From the NCBI GenBank assembly GCA_026025795.1, contig JAPEUG010000038.1, forward strand, positions 1 through 64,000: DNA of 64,000 nt, written 5' to 3'. This document shows positions 37,185 through 53,363 of the stretch, piece by piece. The stretch is from Thelocarpon superellum. Lineage: Eukaryota. The translations under genes were made by a program, and so were the position numbers. The notes beneath the pieces are model-generated. The model was given only the letters and a program-made list of their open reading frames with translations, was not told the DNA's origin and searched no databases. Each line of letters opens with the position of its first letter. The first letter of the stretch is position 1.

Positions 37185-39283
37185 TCATTTCTTGATCCGC
37201 TTCGAGCTCTTGCTGCTACTTGCAGTGCTCATGACGGATGCGCTGCGCTTGTGACCCACAGCTGTTGCTGCTGCCACCGCCGCAGCATTGGTGGAGGCAT
37301 TGGAGGGAGCAGAGGGGGTAGGACGCGCAGAGGATGCTGATGCGGGTGTTTGTGCGTTGGTTTCCACAGGCGTGCTGCCCTTGGGCGTCTCGGTGGCATT
37401 GCCATTCGTAGTGGCTTTGGGGTCTTCTTCGCCCTCAGCGTCTTCGTCTGCTTCTGCGTCGGCATCCGCGTCGGCGTCAGCGTCGGCATCAGCATCAGCG
37501 TCCGCATCAGCGTCGGCGTCGGCATCCGCGTCGGCGTCAACGTCTGGATCAGTAGTCCCTTCGTCTGCTGCCTTGTCCTTGTCTTCCATCACCACGTTGC
37601 CGTCTGCGTCCATGGCGTGGGCGGGCGCAGGTGCATCGTTGTCGGGCTCGGTCTTGGGCTCGGCCTCGCCCCGTTCGGCCCGCTCCTTCTTCTCTCGCTC
37701 CTCGGTTTGCGCTAGGACGACCTTCAGCTCGCCGTCGACCTTCTCCGATACCTTGCGGATATCGACGAGCACGTGGATGCTCGAGATCAGCCGTTCGTAC
37801 TCCGTGCAGACGCGCGCCGTGGGCATCACGAGCCGAGGTGGGATTTCCAGCTCGGTCAGAGCTCGTGCCACGCGCTGTGCCTGGATGTTGGATTTGGCTT
37901 GGAGCAGTCGCGAGACCTTGTCGTGGCGGAACTGTACGCCGGACGTGAGACGCTCGTGGTGCATCACGCCGTACATCTCTTCCTCGCGTTGCGTGAGCTT
38001 TCGATGTGGTGTGGCCGAGCCAGGTGCGCCCTTCTTCGTGGATGTTGATCCTCCCATCGACTCGCGGGGCGCGCCCTCCTTCGCGTCTCGCGGAGTGGCT
38101 GAGGTGGCGGTGTTGGGGGCGGTGGGGCCGGCCGTGGGCGTGCCGGTACCGGAATCGCCTGGCCCGATCAACGACCGGCGCTTCTTGCTCTTGTCGGCGT
38201 TCATCAACGTCTGCAAGAGCTGACTCAGACCCTGACTCGATCGATAGAGCTGATTGTTGTTGCTCAGGCTGTGGGGAGAGTCGAGACGGGCATAGAGCTC
38301 GCGACGGTCTTCCAAGAGTCGGTCTTGGCTGTTGACGATCCTCCGCAATTCCCCGAGCAGGATCTCCTCCTCTTGGACCTCCTCGGGCGTGCGGTGCAGG
38401 AGCGCTTCGGCCATGGACTTGCGTTGGGCCTCGTGTTGTGGGTTGAACTTGGCCATCTTCTCGTGCAGCTCAAACTCGGCGCCGGACATGTTGGCAAAGG
38501 GGTGGCGCACGGCCATAATCTTGGCCGCGACCTCGTAATATCGAGCTTTGATGGCCTCCATCGAACGAGTGGCCATCGCCGGTACCATGGCCGTGTCGCC
38601 ATCCTTCTCTTCCTCGCCAGAGTCGGGTCGGAAGTCGTAGCGGTCCGCAATGACGACCCATCTCAAGTCGAAGTCGAGAGCGAGATCCACAAGGTAGTCC
38701 GTCTCGTCTTTGCTCCACTCGTCGCTGCGGAGGTGTGCCGCGTACTCCTCGTCGCTGTACTCTGGTCCGTCCACCTTGACGTTGAACTTGGCATAGTGAT
38801 AGTCCAAGCCCTTGTCCTCCGTCTTGATCTCGTCCGTCTTCACCGCCTCCTCATCGTCTTCCGCGGTCGGAGGCACGGGTTCGGGGTTCACTCTCTTCCA
38901 GTGTCGTAACACAAGCCCGTCGGTGCGTGCTGGATTCGTGAACGGAGTCCTCTCCCTGCATAGCACCAATTAGCCCCCGCAGATCTCCAGAGGTAGACCG
39001 GCACATCTACACACCAATGCTGCGCAGCGTGTGTTCGCTTCGGCTTTGCCTTGAACTTGACGTTTTCGATGATGGCAACGGGAGGAGGGCGTTCCCCAAG
39101 CAGGGCAAACAGCTCTCGCGTGATACCCTCTGCGCCACCAGGAAGTCAGCCTAGATTCGTCCCAGATTCGAAATGAACAAGAGGCCCACCAGGTCGCTTT
39201 TCCACGGTCTTTAGCTTCTTCGTCGGTCGCGGTTGGCCATCGGTCGGCAGATCCAGCATGTCACGCACGTCGGCGGTCGTCAT
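37185..39283 (-). CDS. SWC4: SWR1/NuA4 complex subunit Swc4/Eaf2 (DMAP1 homolog); 3 exons
   Basis: MTTADVRDMLDL...EGITRELFALLG...PFTNPARTDGLVLRHW...YAKFNV...WSKDETDYL...DLRWVVIADRY (SANT domain)...VMPTARV. C-terminal Asp-Ala repeat and basic tail. Confidence 0.93.
37456..37538 (-). repeat. Coding hexamer repeat giving a poly(Asp-Ala) tract in Swc4
   Basis: Imperfect GAY-GCN units translating as DADADA... Confidence 0.85.
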
Positions 39284-39483
39284 GGTGGCGGCTAGATTGG
39301 GAGAACCAGAGAAGTCTCCGGTGCGATCGCGAGAAGATCAATAATGACAGATCTGCTCCATGTTGCTCAGGTGGATTTCATGTGGAGCGTGTCTGGTCGT
39401 GGATCTTCTCGCTCACTAAGTCGTAGTCGAGTCGAGTGTCGAAGATGAGCGCCAGTTCGAACACGAACATACAAGTAACCTTG

Positions 39484-39493
39484 GACACGTGAC
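39484..39493. promoter_or_regulatory. GACACGTGAC element in the SWC4/p24 divergent promoter (Hac1/UPRE-like or Cbf1 E-box)
   Basis: Matches GACACGT (Hac1-type) on + and GTCACGTG (Cbf1-type) on -, about 130 bp upstream of an ER cargo receptor gene. Motif match only. Confidence 0.3.
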
Positions 39494-39622
39494 GCAACAG
39501 CTGGAATTTCTTCGTGACAGCAAATCCGTTTCCGTTTGGCGCGTGGAGCACGACCCGACCAGAATCAATAGGAGCAGACCACGATCAACCCTTGACTGAT
39601 CCAGTTCATCCAGTCGGTCGCC

Positions 39623-40534
39623 ATGGCTCGGTTACGAATGGCTTCATTCCCTCGCATTCTCACCGGCCTTGCCGCGGCGGCTCTTGTACTCCCGTCGCAG
39701 GCTCTCTACTTCTACATCGATGGCACAACGCCCAAATGCTTCTTCGAGGAGCTCCCCAAGGAGACGTTGGTCGTCGGTACGTCCTCTGCAGTTCGCGCCA
39801 CCACTGAAGTAGATGCTGAAGAGGGGTGGTTTAGGGAACTACAAAGCGGAAGAATTCAACATCGAGTCTCGAGCATTCGAAAGCCACGAGGCCCTGAGCA
39901 TCTTCATCTCCGTCGACGTAGGCTGCTCCCCGTCACACGAAAGCCACCCCTCTCACATACTCACAGGAAGTCTTTGACAACGACCACCGAGTGGTGTCGC
40001 AACGAGGCTCGGCCAGCGGCCGATTCACCTTCAGCGCGGCCGAGTCCGGCGAGCACCAGATCTGCTTCACGCCGTCGTCGACACATTCCGCCGGCTGGCT
40101 GAGCGGCGGCAATCCCGTCGGCGGCATCAAACTGACCCTGGATCTGGCCATTGGCGAGACCAGCTCGATTGAGAGCACGGACAAGGGCAAAATCCAGGAC
40201 ATTGTGGGCAAGGTCAAGGACCTGAACGGCCGGCTGCAGGACATCCGGCGTGAACAAGTGTGGCAGCGGGTAAGACGTCGCGACCAATCCCTTCCCTCCC
40301 CATCTTTCCTTCTGTCGGAGTAGGAAGCTGCACAGCTTTTCCCGGTGAAGACAGTCGACTGACCACGTCTCAACGACTCGACAGGAGCGTGAGGCCGAGT
40401 TCCGTGACCAGTCCGAATCGACCAACGCGCGCGTCGTGCGCTGGACCCTGATCCAGCTGGCCGTCTTGGGTGTCACCTGTGCATGGCAGCTGTCGCATCT
40501 CCGCGCATTTTTCATCAAGCAGAAACTTACCTAG
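39623..40534 (+). CDS. ERP1: p24/emp24/gp25L family cargo receptor (Erp1-type); 4 exons
   Basis: Signal peptide then [43 protein letters not shown] (GOLD), [30 protein letters not shown], a TM segment and FFIKQKLT*. The start could be ATG 39638. Confidence 0.9.
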
Positions 40535-40749
40535 GGGAGGAGGATCTTTCTCTCTTTCCCCTGCTCTTTCCCCCCTCCTTCGTGTCTGAAAATAGCCTTG
40601 CCCTCCTCTCACCTGGTTGAGGATGGGAGAGAGAAGGGGAGAGAATGTAAGAACAGAATAATTGATAGATCATCTCACATCATGTCGCATTACCTCTCTT
40701 GTTTGACGAGTGTTATCAACTATTCTGTCGTGGCACGTCATGGATCTTC

Positions 40750-40751
<2 letters not shown>

Positions 40752-40783
<32 letters not shown>
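40752..40783. repeat. (CA)16 microsatellite between the convergent p24 and RSP5 3' ends
   Basis: Read directly from the sequence. Confidence 0.95.
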
Positions 40784-40786
<3 letters not shown>

Positions 40787-41168
40787 CGAGTTGGATGTGC
40801 GTGAGATACGAGATAAATGTGAGGTCTAGGGAGTCCGAAGTACCTTGGGAGCTGCGGTTCATTCAAACCACCAGTACTACTAGAACTGCTCGAGTAATCG
40901 GAGCTCTTGGTAGGACTTAGGTCGAGGGTACCAGAGTGGGAGAGTTTAGGTAGGTAGGGAGGTAGGGAAGAGGGCGTAGGTATGGAGGCCCGGGAAGATG
41001 GGCTATACATCTCGGAATCTGTCATGTCTTCTTTCGCTGACACCCTCGCCGCTGCTGCTGCCATCGTCGCTGCCATCGCTGCTTTGCCTTCCCCAGTTTC
41101 ACCCTTCTCATGCTCGTCTCATCGTCCACTTGTCTCCACCTGCACGTGCCCGCCGCCTGCTTCCCCGC

Positions 41169-44232
<3,064 letters not shown>

Positions 44233-46333
44233 GCTGCGCGGCGGTCATCGAGCGACCCGCGGCGTCAGCACCCGTGCTTGGTCGAGGAACAGCCTCCAAA
44301 GACGGAGAGGGATGCGGCGATTGCGGCGATTGCGGCACGATTGCAGGTCCGTCAGGTAGGACGCGTGCAGCGGCGGCGGACGTGGTTCGATGGTGCTGGT
44401 GTGGTTGAGGTTCAAGCCAACCCGGGCGGTTGTGGGGCTGTGCATACGAGAGGTCCCTCACCACCAGACGGTAGACCAGGCCCAAGGGAACTCTCTCCTC
44501 AGGTAAGCGTGTGGCGTCGTCAGTATCCAAGACTTTGGACCCGCCGCCAGTACGGAGTACCTCCTCCCTACGTTTTAGGGGCGAAAGCTGTATGCAGATG
44601 CCGCGACGCCCATGTATCAGGTACCGCCTAAATCTACTCGTCACGCCACTGACATCTCTGCGGATTGTGGGGGGCTCAAGGCGGGATGGCGTGGACGAAC
44701 AAGACCGGCACCGCCAGCACTGGGGACGCGGACGGGGACACGGACGCACAGCTTTTCGACTTGAACGTGGGGAGGACACGGGGGGCTTGGGTCTTGGGTC
44801 TTGGGTCACGGATCAAAGGCGTCCGGTGCCCACCACTGGCAGTATTTACTGAGGTACGCGGAGTCGTACTGCGGGCTTGTAGTGATGTGGTCTAGGAGGG
44901 CCTGGACGGTCTAGGTGGTCTAGGTGCTGGATCCGGCGGTCCGTGGCGTATGCGAGATGTCGTTCGTCGCAAGACCTGTTCTGCTTCGTCGTGACTTCCG
45001 CCACCCGTACCAACCATAGTACGGTCTGCCCACGCACGAAGTCGTGCAGGTAGCAAGGGCGTACGCTCCTCGTAACTAGCGAGATATTATTTACGGCCAC
45101 CGCCCCTGTGCCTGATTGTGGACCTCTGATCGATAGCATCGCTGGGGCGCGTGCCCTTCAGCCTCACGCATAGAAGATCTGCAGCAGCGGATCGCTACAC
45201 AACCCTCCGTTCCCATTCCAGCGTCACGACGCCACGGACTGGATCAGGGGAGACGGAAGGGAAGCGCAGGTGTCGGGGATCGACGATGGAGAGCCGCTGA
45301 GCTCGGCGGGTGATGGACCGCTCCGGATAAAGCACGAGTGCTTCGTGCAGGATGCATACTGTCGCCGGCGCTATAAATGTGTTAAATTCTTAGCTCGATT
45401 CACCGCCATCCCTGGCGGAGTGATTTGGGGGCCTCCCTCGCAAGGGGAGCTCGAGCTGCTATCTATGGAGGTTCTCTGTATGACGCAGGCCGTTATCCTC
45501 TGCATAACGAGAGGTTCTGCAGTCGTACCATGCATTCAGCAGTTACTCCACACCCCTCCGATTTCCTGCCCGGCGCTCGAGTGGGAGGTAAGTGCATTTG
45601 ATGCTGTTGAGGGTCCCAAAGGTCCCATCCTTCTGGCACCTACCCAGACCTGCTCCGTGGCCCTTGGGCGATACGGTCGAGTGCGAGGGAAACATGCGGT
45701 ATGCGGTAACATACTGGTACAGCAGGTTGGCGAGGCACTTAGGCGGGTGTAGAGGACGCGGGTAGCTACTGCAAGGTGCCTGACGAATGGCCGTCGGGGC
45801 CGGGGGCCAAAGATAGCAGCTTTGCCCCGCGCGCTTGTGTGCACGAAGTTCTCTATAAACGGCCACAGACGGTCGACCAGGATCAGCAACACCGGCAGAC
45901 TCACTGCGCGATGCAGTACGTCCAGCGGGCATCGTTCCGGACGAGCCTCGGTCTGTGATAGGCATCGTGGGAATCACCAACGACCGTGCACCCTTTGCCT
46001 TGTCCCTGTGCCGCTGTCCCCCAGCTCCTGGGAAAGGGAGAGATGCACGGGTGGAATCTCTCAATCATCTCCACTCTGTGTTCGTGCGGCACAGAGTATC
46101 GTACGAGTACAGCATTTAGGGAGAAACCATTCATGCGAGTCCTTCCTGGGCGGACCGAGATCGACCGATTGCTGGCCCCAACTCCCCGTGTCAGGCGCCG
46201 GTTCCGAGCCAGAAGATGATCGATGGTCACGGTCGTGACGGCGCACATCCGGTGGCCGGAATGGCTGCCCGGCTAGTCAGGTCGAGACGACTCATGGCGA
46301 TGCAAGAAAATAATCCCCCCTCCCTCCTCGGTT

Positions 46334-47305
46334 CTAATAAGGTGCGTATCCGCGGCCCCGGGCCCCGCGGTATCCTCCGCGATAACCGCCGCCGCGAGGA
46401 GGAAATCCCCCGCGTCCAAAGCCACCGCGTCCTCCACCGCGGAAGGCACCCCGACCCCGACCCCGCGTCATGCCCGGCACGTTGGTCCGCTTCGGAACGA
46501 CCTGCGTGATCCGTCAATCCACATGCTCTTCACTCTCCATCAACGGACGGGGGACGAGGGCCGTGAGTCACAGGATTCACCGACCTTGAGGTTTCGGCCG
46601 CGAAATAAGGTTTCGTTCAGCACCAGGGCCTGAGCCACCAGACTCGGCTCCGCAAACTCCACGTACGCATACCTGCGCGACGCCATTAGTGATCCTTCTC
46701 TTGCCAGGTAGCCAAGCGGAGTGGCGAAAGGGCAGAGGGAAAGAGTGGGTGGGTGGTGGAGGTAGAGGTGGACGTGGACGTGGAGGCCCAGCCGGGGCCC
46801 AAGGACGGACGACGACAAGAGGCGGGAGACACCAACCCCTTGGGATGTCCAGTGAACTTGTCCAGCAAGATGGTGACGCGGTTGATGGACCCAGCGGTCT
46901 GGAAGTGGGCTTGGATCTCTTCGGGGGATGCCTCGTAGTCGACGTTGCCGACGAAGACGCTGCGGGCGTCGATGTCCTCTTTGTTTTCGCGCAGCTCGCT
47001 CGACTCTTGATCCAGCGTGGCCTGCATCTCGCGAAGCTTGGCCGCCTCCTCTTCCATCTCTGCCACTCTCCGCTTCATCGCCGAGATCTCCTCCTACTCG
47101 ACGGGTCATCAGCATGACGATCGCAAGGGAAAGAACCGGGTGGCCGGTGGGCGTGGTCCAGAGGGGATCGAGGGAAGCGCAAGGGGTGAAGCTAAGGGCG
47201 CAGCCCGGACGGGGACCACGGTTGTCGTGCTCGTACCTCATCATTGACGTCGTCGTCCGGGTTCACATTGGGCTCGTCCTCATGGACCGCCCCGTTATCC
47301 GCCAT
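46334..47305 (-). CDS. PAB2: Nuclear poly(A)-binding protein PABPN1/Pab2/Sgn1 homolog; 4 exons
   Basis: [24 protein letters not shown] coiled coil, [15 protein letters not shown]...[18 protein letters not shown]...[10 protein letters not shown], and an RGG-rich tail ending YAPY*. Confidence 0.93.
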
Positions 47306-47765
47306 GTTTGGTCGGCGAAGGGGAAGGAAGTCGATCAAGCCACGCCAAGACGTAGATCAGTTGCGACAGCGACGCTGGAGCTGGGTTCAGGTGAGGTCTC
47401 GTCGAACCTGCACAGGGTCCAAGTCGCCGTCGCGGAGGAAGTAGATAAGGACGGTTGGTTGCACGGGCCAGGAAAGGTGGATGGCGTCGACGTGAGACGA
47501 TTTTGAGCAGCCCAGGCGCATTCACGGCGGTAGTAAAGACTACACCTAAGTCGATTGACATCTTTTTTCTCGGCGCCGGTACTGAGCGAGGCTCTAGCAC
47601 CAACGGCTTCCGTGGCGCGGCCGTTCTCGCTAAGGAGCATCTGGTCCGGAGCACCGCCCTCTCACAATGAGGACTGGGGTAACTTAGTCACTCGGGCGAG
47701 TACTCGTTCTCGTCCAGGGACTCAGGCAAGCGCCAGTACTCGTAGGTAGCGGAGGGAGAGTCGCT

Positions 47766-47800
47766 TCCCACTGAACAGATTGATCCCACTGAACAGATTG
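47766..47800. repeat. 18-bp-period tandem duplication (TCCCACTGAACAGATTG x2) upstream of Hv1
   Basis: Two identical 17-mers separated by one base. Confidence 0.9.
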
Positions 47801-47932
47801 TATCCCGTGAATCCCATTGCTCGATGCACCATTGATCGCTGGCCTGCGGCTGCTCGTCGCTCCACACAGGGCGTGAAAATTGCGACGACCCATCGGTGCC
47901 TGTCCATTTTCCACCCTCGGTCGTGACGGGAG

Positions 47933-48648
47933 ATGAGCGAGGAGGAGGCGTCGCAGCCCTTGCTTCGGGCGGATCGTCAAGCCGTGCAGCACGGGGACCA
48001 TGACGACAGCCAAGAGATCCGGCACGACGCACCCTCCTCCACCTTCCTCGAACGCCTGCCGCTCGTCCGTCCGCGCCTCCAACGCTTCTTGACGTCCAAG
48101 GTCGGGCATTACTCCGTGCTTCTCCTGGTCTCGCTGGACGTGTCATGTATCTTCGCCGACCTGCTCATCAACCTGGTCGTCTGCGAGCAGCGACACCCCG
48201 ATGAGGCGTTGGGCATCGCGCGGGATGCGCTCGGGACCGCGGGGCTGGTCTTCTCGTGTCTCTTCATGGCGGAACTGATGGCGTCCATCTGGGCCTTTGG
48301 CCTCTCGTACGTGGCCTCCCCGTGCGGCCCTTGCGAAACGCTCTCCTGAAGCCGCTGTACAGGTACTTTAACTCGCGCTTTCACTGCTTCGATGCTTTTG
48401 TCATCGTCTTGGGCTTCGTCGTGGACGTGCTCTTGCACGGCACGTTGGAGGAGATTGCGTCGCTGGTCGTCGTGCTGCGTCTCTGGCGCGTGTTCAAGAT
48501 CATTGAAGAGTTCAGCGCCGGGGCGGCGGAGCAGATGGACGCGCTGGCGGAGAAGATTGAGCGGCTGGAGATGGAGAATCGGGAGCTCCGGAAAGAGCTG
48601 GATGCTCGAAAGGCCTTCGACGGGACGCCCCGCACCGAGGATACTTGA
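47933..48648 (+). CDS. Voltage-gated proton channel Hv1 homolog; 2 exons
   Basis: S1 HYSVLLLVSLDVSCIFAD (selectivity Asp), S2 LVFSCLFMAEL, intron 48307-48362, S3 FHCFDAFVI, S4 LRLWRVFKII (RxWRxxK) and a C-terminal coiled coil. No pore domain. Confidence 0.88.
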
Positions 48649-48913
48649 CAGGACATTGGGTCGCGCGCAGGATGCAGGACACGCGCACGTGGCGGTGGAC
48701 GACGAGATGAGTACGACGGGACGCGGGGGCAGGAGCGATCGGAAGTCTCTATCTGGTTCATTCATCTAGGTAGCCACGCTACAAGCCTTGCTACAGGTAC
48801 GATGCGGGCAAAGCCAACAGTTCAGAACACGCCAGCGCCCCTTCATCCGCATCGTGTGGCGCGTGGGGGGTGGCGATCGCGGTGCAGCAATTGTGGACTG
48901 GACGAGGCGTCCA

Positions 48914-51220
48914 TCACCGTCGCGCATTGCGTCGGCCGCCGCCACGTGCTCGGGTGCGGCCCTTGACCTCTGGTTCCCGCACCGGGCTCATAAAGGTCAC
49001 GTGTCGTTGCTCGCGGCCCGCCCGACGGGCTCGCGGCCCCGTCGCATCGCTTCGGAGCGCGGTTCGGCGAGGAATGACATCCTTGATACCGGCAGGAGGG
49101 GGATGGGCGAGATCCGGATCGGTGGCGATCGTCTCGTCGCTTTGACCACCGTCATCACCGTCCTCGACGTCAAATTGCACGCCGTACTCGGCCTCGTCCG
49201 CATCCGACTCGGGCGTCTCGGACTCGGAGTGGACCTCGACATCGTCGTCATCCGACACCAGCGACGGCGCCGTGGTGGGGTAGGGCGCGGGCACGTGGAG
49301 ACTCGGGTCGATCCGGCTCGGGCGAGAGGGCGCGCTGGGGCCGTCGGCGCCGCGAGGTGGCGGTCGTGCATGGACAGCGCCAGTGCTCGCGGACGCATCA
49401 CCGGCTGACGCGGCATGCATTGCGCGCGCCGAGAGTCGATTCGCGGCGTCGGCGGGTCGGCCCGACTCGCGGCCTTTGTGGCTGTTGGACTGGTTCAACG
49501 GGGCGGGTGACATGCCGCTTCGCGCTGGCGTGCGTCCCGCCGGCGAGATGGAGGAGATTCCGTTGGCGCGCGGAGGACCCTGTCCATTTCCGTTGCCGTG
49601 AGCGGCGCGCAACTGACCGAACGGCGCGGGGGCGCTGCTGACTGGCGTCTGGTCCTGCGATTCTGTGCGTGCCGCATCCTCGCTCTCCTCCTCGTCCGAC
49701 GAGTAGACGCCGAGGTCGTAGGTCTCCTTGGCCTCGCCCACCATCTGGCCCAGATCCCCCCTGAGGCCGCGATGCTCCATCAACGCCGAGAGATGTGGGG
49801 CGTAGGGTGACGGGACAAAGTCGTCCCGGCCTTTCCCGTGACTCTTGGACGTCGTCGAGCCCTTCTCCACCCGTGCACGATCGCTTCCTCGCAAGCGCCG
49901 CGGGGCGGACTTCTCGTCAGCCGCTCGCGCTCGAATCGACGCGGCCGCGGCTTCTCTCCTTGCGTCGGCGGCCACGGTTGGCTGGAGCGACGGGACACGG
50001 ATCAAGGGATGCACAAACGCGACCGGTCCGCCGGGACTACCGTCCTCGTCGCCGATGATCGACCCTGTCAGGTCTACTTCGACAACCTGTCCACAGGCAC
50101 TGGCCGCCGCGTCGTGGCTCTCGAATCCGCGGTGATGGGCGATGCGGCAATGATTGATGAAGCCTTGCGCGCTGGAGAAGTCACCCCGACTGCAATCCAG
50201 GCACACCAGCTTCACGTATTGGCCGTCCGATGAGCGCTTGAGCACCAGCGGGGCGTTCTTATCTTTCGACGGCGTATGCCCCGTCGTGAGGGGGTGCAAC
50301 TTGGCCGCAGCCGCAGCACCACGCGGTCGAGGCATGCCGGCGAAGTCACCGTCCACGGCACTAGCGCGCGTCGCCCGACCTTCGGCCCCACGCCGGGTGG
50401 GCGAGGCCGTGTTCGATGTGCCGTCTTCGAGCACCGACGGGCCATCGAATCGGGGGTCGGGGATCAGCCAGCGCTTGTAATGTCGTGTGTATGGGCCGTC
50501 GGTGACGCCTGGCAGAGCCCGCCACGAGGTGTTGCTACTGGCAGCTTCAGAATGAGACCCTGCCGGGGCGCCGTTATCCGCCGGCGTTGCGTATGGACTG
50601 TCGTTCACATAGGGGGTCAGCTGGCAGCGTCGCAGCTGTTCGTAGGCAGCCTGGCACTTGGCAAGCTCCTGTTCGATGAGACGAAGCTCTTGGTGCTTGA
50701 GCAAGATCTCGAGGCTGAACTGCGATTCGATGCTTTGCTGCAGGGGCGTAAGAGAGGAGAGGGCTGGCGTCGAACGTTAGCAACCGATGTACTGTTCCGG
50801 CTCCCACCGTGGCTTACCAGGCACATTAGGCGGTCCCGCTGCTTCTTCATCAAGATCTTCCTTCGCTGCTTCACGAGGCTGTTTGGGCTGGAGATTCGCA
50901 CCAGGGCGCTGCTTGGGCTTGGGCTTCCGCGGCGGACTGGCCTGCGCCCCACCTTCGGTGCGCCATTGTTGCTCCACCAAGGCGCCTTCATGGTGATCGC
51001 TTGGCGCGGTTGATGTCGGCCCAGGTTTCCGCCGCGAGCGCTTCTCCCCCCGCGCCTGCCGGGCCTCGTCATCGTTGATCCGTGCCCGCTTCAGTTTGTT
51101 CGTCGTGGGCACTTCGACAACGGGCGTGGGCCGAGAGGGGGGGAGCATCGTCGGCTGCGCGACCTTGGACGCCGCTGCTGGCTTCGCCCGGTCGGTCATG
51201 GAGCTCCAGGGAAAGCGCAT
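48914..51220 (-). CDS. AHC1-like protein (ADA histone acetyltransferase complex component) with C2H2-like zinc finger; 2 exons
   Basis: Intron at about 50764-50817 joins to IESQFSLEILLKHQELRLIEQELAKCQ. Also DGPYTRHYKRWLIPDPRFD and KLVCLDCSRGDFSSAQGFINHCRIAHHRGFESHDAAASACG. Start codon uncertain. Confidence 0.8.
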
Positions 51221-52533
51221 GGCGAGCACTGAAAACGGGCCCGGCCAGAGTCCGACCACCACCGTCAGGAGGGCATCGAGCGACGACGGGGAGGGAGTGT
51301 CCGTCGTGACGCCGGTCGCGCCGACGCTCGTGAAGGAGCGAGAGGGCGGAAGAATCCGTGGGCCTATCTCTCCACGAGCATGAGCAGCGTCGACCACGGT
51401 CGGCCGAAAGAGGAAAGAATGTGGGTGGAAACAAGGGTTGTGGTCGCGGCGGAGCGCGTGGCGTGGTGGTGCGGGCACGCCACGGGCGCAGTGAAAGTGC
51501 AGACAGGCAGACGGACAGACGGTCGACTAAACAAGGGTCGCGACCGGAGGAGTTCCCGAAGGCAATTCTAGGTAGAAGCGAAGGGGTCGACGGGATGCAT
51601 AAGGCTGAGGAGTGGCGAACGGTCGGCGGCGATCGGATTGACGACCAGCTACCGGTGTCTATCGCGATCAGATCGTGCAAAGCAGGTCTACACGGAAAGG
51701 CGGTGCGAATGTGATCTGGGAAGGCCTGGCAAGATTGATGAAGTTGTCAGAAACTGTCCGCCCTGGACGGATTCGATCACGCCTCGTTTGCTGGCGAGGA
51801 ACTAAATTCCACGCAACGACGCAGCGCGGAGGCGCCGCGGCGCCCCGTCTTTCTTACGCCTGCCCTAGCTAAACCGGGTCGGATGGCCAGTGGCTCCGCG
51901 GACTGGCAGGGTGCGCGAGAGCGAGTACGGGTACCGGGGACGGAGCGGTTGTCACCCTACTCACTAAGTACCCGAACAAGCTGGCTCAGGCACGTGGCAG
52001 TCGAGACGAATTCCTCCAACATGGGGGATCTTTCCACCGGCAGTGACGAAAGACTGGACGCTTAGATAAGCGGCTCAAGATGCACCTTTCGCTTGCAGAT
52101 GCCAGCCAGCGCAGCCTGCTTTCCGCTGTTGAGGGGATGAGGATGGCGGAGAGGTCCTGGATGCTGTGCAGCTGCAAGGCGGTCGTCCGTGGAGGCAACT
52201 TCACTCTTTCTCAAGCGTCATGAATCCTCATGCTCAGTACCTCCTTAGATAATCACTCCCGGTGAAGCTTCTCGGCTCCTTTGACTGTCTGACTTTGGAC
52301 CGCATACGTCTTCACCAGATATCTCCGCGCGACCCCAGTGAGCCCTCCTCCTGGACCAAGCCTCAGCCTCAGACATTCCATGTCCCCGCGCATCAGGGCT
52401 TTCACTCGACATTATCATGATCACACGACAAGCTCCGTGCTTCCCGCGTTCCCGTTTGGAGCTCGCACAAGCTCTGCTCGTCGACGACTTCCACACACCT
52501 ACGAGCCTCCACCGAGGCATCCGGTAGCAAGAC

Positions 52534-53363
52534 ATGGGACCACGTCCCACGAAGAAGGTCAAGTTCTCCGGCCGTGGCTCTGGCCATTCTGGAGTCATGG
52601 CGGGCAAGGGGCCGACTAAAGACCCACCTGATCGCAAAGCTCGCCCAGCTACGTTGAGATCTGCAGCCCACGACGAAGTGCCTCAGCACCAAACGCCTTC
52701 GGTTATCTCTCACCCTGGCCCTCCGGCCACCCTCGTCGAATCACACAATGTTCGCGTCTTCAGCGTCATCTCTTCGGCGTCGGTGTCGGCCAAAGTCCGT
52801 GGGATCCTCTCGCATCTCTCCGGGTTCAGCTTCGCGAATGTATCGGCCAAACCCGGTCTGGTGACAATCCGGGCCAAGTCCGACGTGGCGAACAAAGCCA
52901 TCACCGTGATGGAGATTGCGAAGCGAGAGATTGCACAGGGAGGGGGAAAGTGGTATCAGTACACGTCAGTGACGCGCCACCATCTCGCGATTCCCACGTC
53001 CGGCCACAGTTCAAAGCGGAAGCACACGGACGTGGAGGTTGACGCATCGAACGCCACGTCATCGGAGGACGCGGTGCAGGCGCAGCAAAAGCCGGATGCA
53101 GAGATGAAGGACCTGGACGATTCCGACGAGAGCGATCCCTTTGAAAGCATGAGCTCAAAGGCTGGTCGCGAAGGCCATGCCCACCGCCAGAGAGAAGGGA
53201 CGACAGCCGAGATGTCGATCATCACCCTCTACCTGGCCATGGTACGAGTGGAGTCGTTGAGGAAACTCTACGGGTACGCCGTTGATCTCCACGGCCCAAG
53301 GGCATGCGGCGCTACAGGGCTAACCGCGGTGCGTCTAGGGAACAGAGCAACGCCCATCGCTGA
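52534..53363 (+). CDS. Alba-like DNA/RNA-binding domain protein (Rpp20/Rpp25-like superfamily); 2 exons
   Basis: FSVISSASVSAKV...LVTIRAKSDVANKAITVMEIAKREI...KWYQY...ITLYLAMVRVESLRKLYG, intron 53274-53338, then EQSNAHR*. Confidence 0.75.

Noticed and set aside
47540..47750. Possible structured ncRNA (SRP, RNase P/MRP) near a T6 run between PAB2 and Hv1
   Set aside because: No recognisable conserved motifs; it fits a divergent promoter. Only an Rfam scan could rescue it.
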